Source of the DNA: Candidatus Spongiisociaceae bacterium
GTDB lineage: Bacteria > Actinomycetota > Acidimicrobiia > Spongiisociales > Spongiisociaceae
Direction of reading: 5' to 3'
Assembly (NCBI GenBank): GCA_965202665.1
Contig: OZ241841.1
Span: 1,568,001-1,632,000 of the forward strand
DNA length: 64,000 nucleotides
Under the pieces are notes generated by a model. The model was not told the origin of the DNA and made no database searches. It saw only the letters and a program-made list of their open reading frames with translations. Shown piece after piece: positions 63,000 through 64,000 of this stretch (positions are counted from its first letter, which is position 1; every line of letters starts with the position of its first letter). A program made the translations under genes and the position numbers.

Positions 63000-64000
63000 T
63001 CAGGAGGGGGCCAGGTTGGCGAACTTGGTGTAGTCCTCTTGGAATGACACTTTCACCGTGCCGGTGGGCCCGGAGCGGTGTTTGGCGATGATCAGCTGGG
63101 CGATGCCCCGTTCTTCGCTTTCGTCGTTGTAACGTTCGTCGCGGTGGATGAGGATGACCACGTCGGCGTCCTGTTCTATCGCCCCCGACTCCCGCAGGTC
63201 GCTCAGTTGGGGTCGTTTGTCGTTGCGGGTTTCCAGTTGCCGGTTCAGCTGGGAGACGGCGATTACCGGCAAGTTCAGTTCCTGGGCCAGTCCTTTCAGG
63301 GAGCGGCTGATTTCGGCTATTTCGGTTTGCCGGTTCTCCGGTTTGCGGTGTCCCTGCATTAGTTGCAGGTAGTCCACTATTACCAGTTTGAGCCCTTTAG
63401 TGCGCTGCAGGCGCCGGCTTTTGGCCCGGATTTCCATCACCGACGTCCCGGTGGCTTCGTCCACGTACAGGGGCAGTTCGTAGAGGTCGCCCGCCGCCCG
63501 CATCAGATCCTCCCATTTTTCCCCCACTTGGCCGGTTTTCAGTTTCAGGGAGTTGATTTTTCCGTGGGCGCAGAGGATGCGCTGCGCCACTTCCTGTCGG
63601 GACATTTCCAGGCTGAACAGGGCCACCGGACCGTGGTGCAGTCCGACGTGGGCGGCGATGGTGGTGGCCAGGGCGCTTTTGCCCATGGAGGTTCGTCCGG
63701 CTATCACCACCAGGTTGCCTTTCTGCAGGCCGGCCAGCTTCTTGTCCAGGTCGATGAGGCCGGTGGCCACCCCGGTGATGTCGGAGCCGCTGGCTTCCAG
63801 TTCCTCTATTTTTTTCATAACCGGGTTGAACTGGTCCCCGACCTGCTCCAAGCCGTCCCCCAGGCGCCGGTTGGCCACCGACAGCACTTCCTGCTCCGCC
63901 AAGTCCAGCATGGTGTTGATTTCGATGTCAAGGGAGGTGGCCAGTTGGTTGATCTCGGCGCCGGCCAGTATCATGGACCGGCGGCTGGCGTGTTCGGCCA
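63000..64000 (-). CDS. dnaB: Replicative DNA helicase (5' part outside window)
   Basis: AGRTSMGKS, FSLEMS, VDYLQLM, SQLNR, LRESGAIEQDAD, AKHRSGPTG. Confidence 0.97.
   Translation of the reverse strand, partial: AEHASRRSMILAGAEINQLATSLDIEINTMLDLAEQEVLSVANRRLGDGLEQVGDQFNPVMKKIEELEASGSDITGVATGLIDLDKKLAGLQKGNLVVIAGRTSMGKSALATTIAAHVGLHHGPVALFSLEMSRQEVAQRILCAHGKINSLKLKTGQVGEKWEDLMRAAGDLYELPLYVDEATGTSVMEIRAKSRRLQRTKGLKLVIVDYLQLMQGHRKPENRQTEIAEISRSLKGLAQELNLPVIAVSQLNRQLETRNDKRPQLSDLRESGAIEQDADVVILIHRDERYNDESEERGIAQLIIAKHRSGPTGTVKVSFQEDYTKFANLAPS

Overview
High-GC bacterial chromosomal window, probably Actinomycetota of the Acidimicrobiia type. This is inferred from the disA-carD-ispD-ispF-cysS-rlmB synteny, leaderless TANNNT promoters and SLH-domain surface proteins. 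Core genes: partial thrB, clpB, panB, menB/menF/menD with a MerR regulator, pncB/pncA, nucleoside hydrolase, ribokinase, a P450, two LivJ-like binding proteins, nfeD-SPFH, partial dnaB and three tRNAs. Accessory content: (1) three tandem ~3.8 kb SLH/Ig/FG-GAP surface-protein genes, each with a poly-G tract between its -35 and -10 boxes, suggesting phase variation; (2) a small tRNA-adjacent variable islet; (3) a complete type I-G CRISPR-Cas locus with 61 repeats and 60 spacers. The most striking signal is a solitary degenerate CRISPR repeat upstream of cas7, transcribed divergently. Its following 'spacer' matches the cas operon's own promoter/TSS region over 15 nt, with mismatches only at positions 6 and 12, the Cascade flip-out register. 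It is a candidate RNA-guided autorepressor of a type I-G system. Also notable: a small gene inside the array trailer, a histone-H1-like/double-CarD protein, and an endonuclease IV-PrimPol fusion. Coordinates were counted by hand and may be off by a few bases; no database searches were run.
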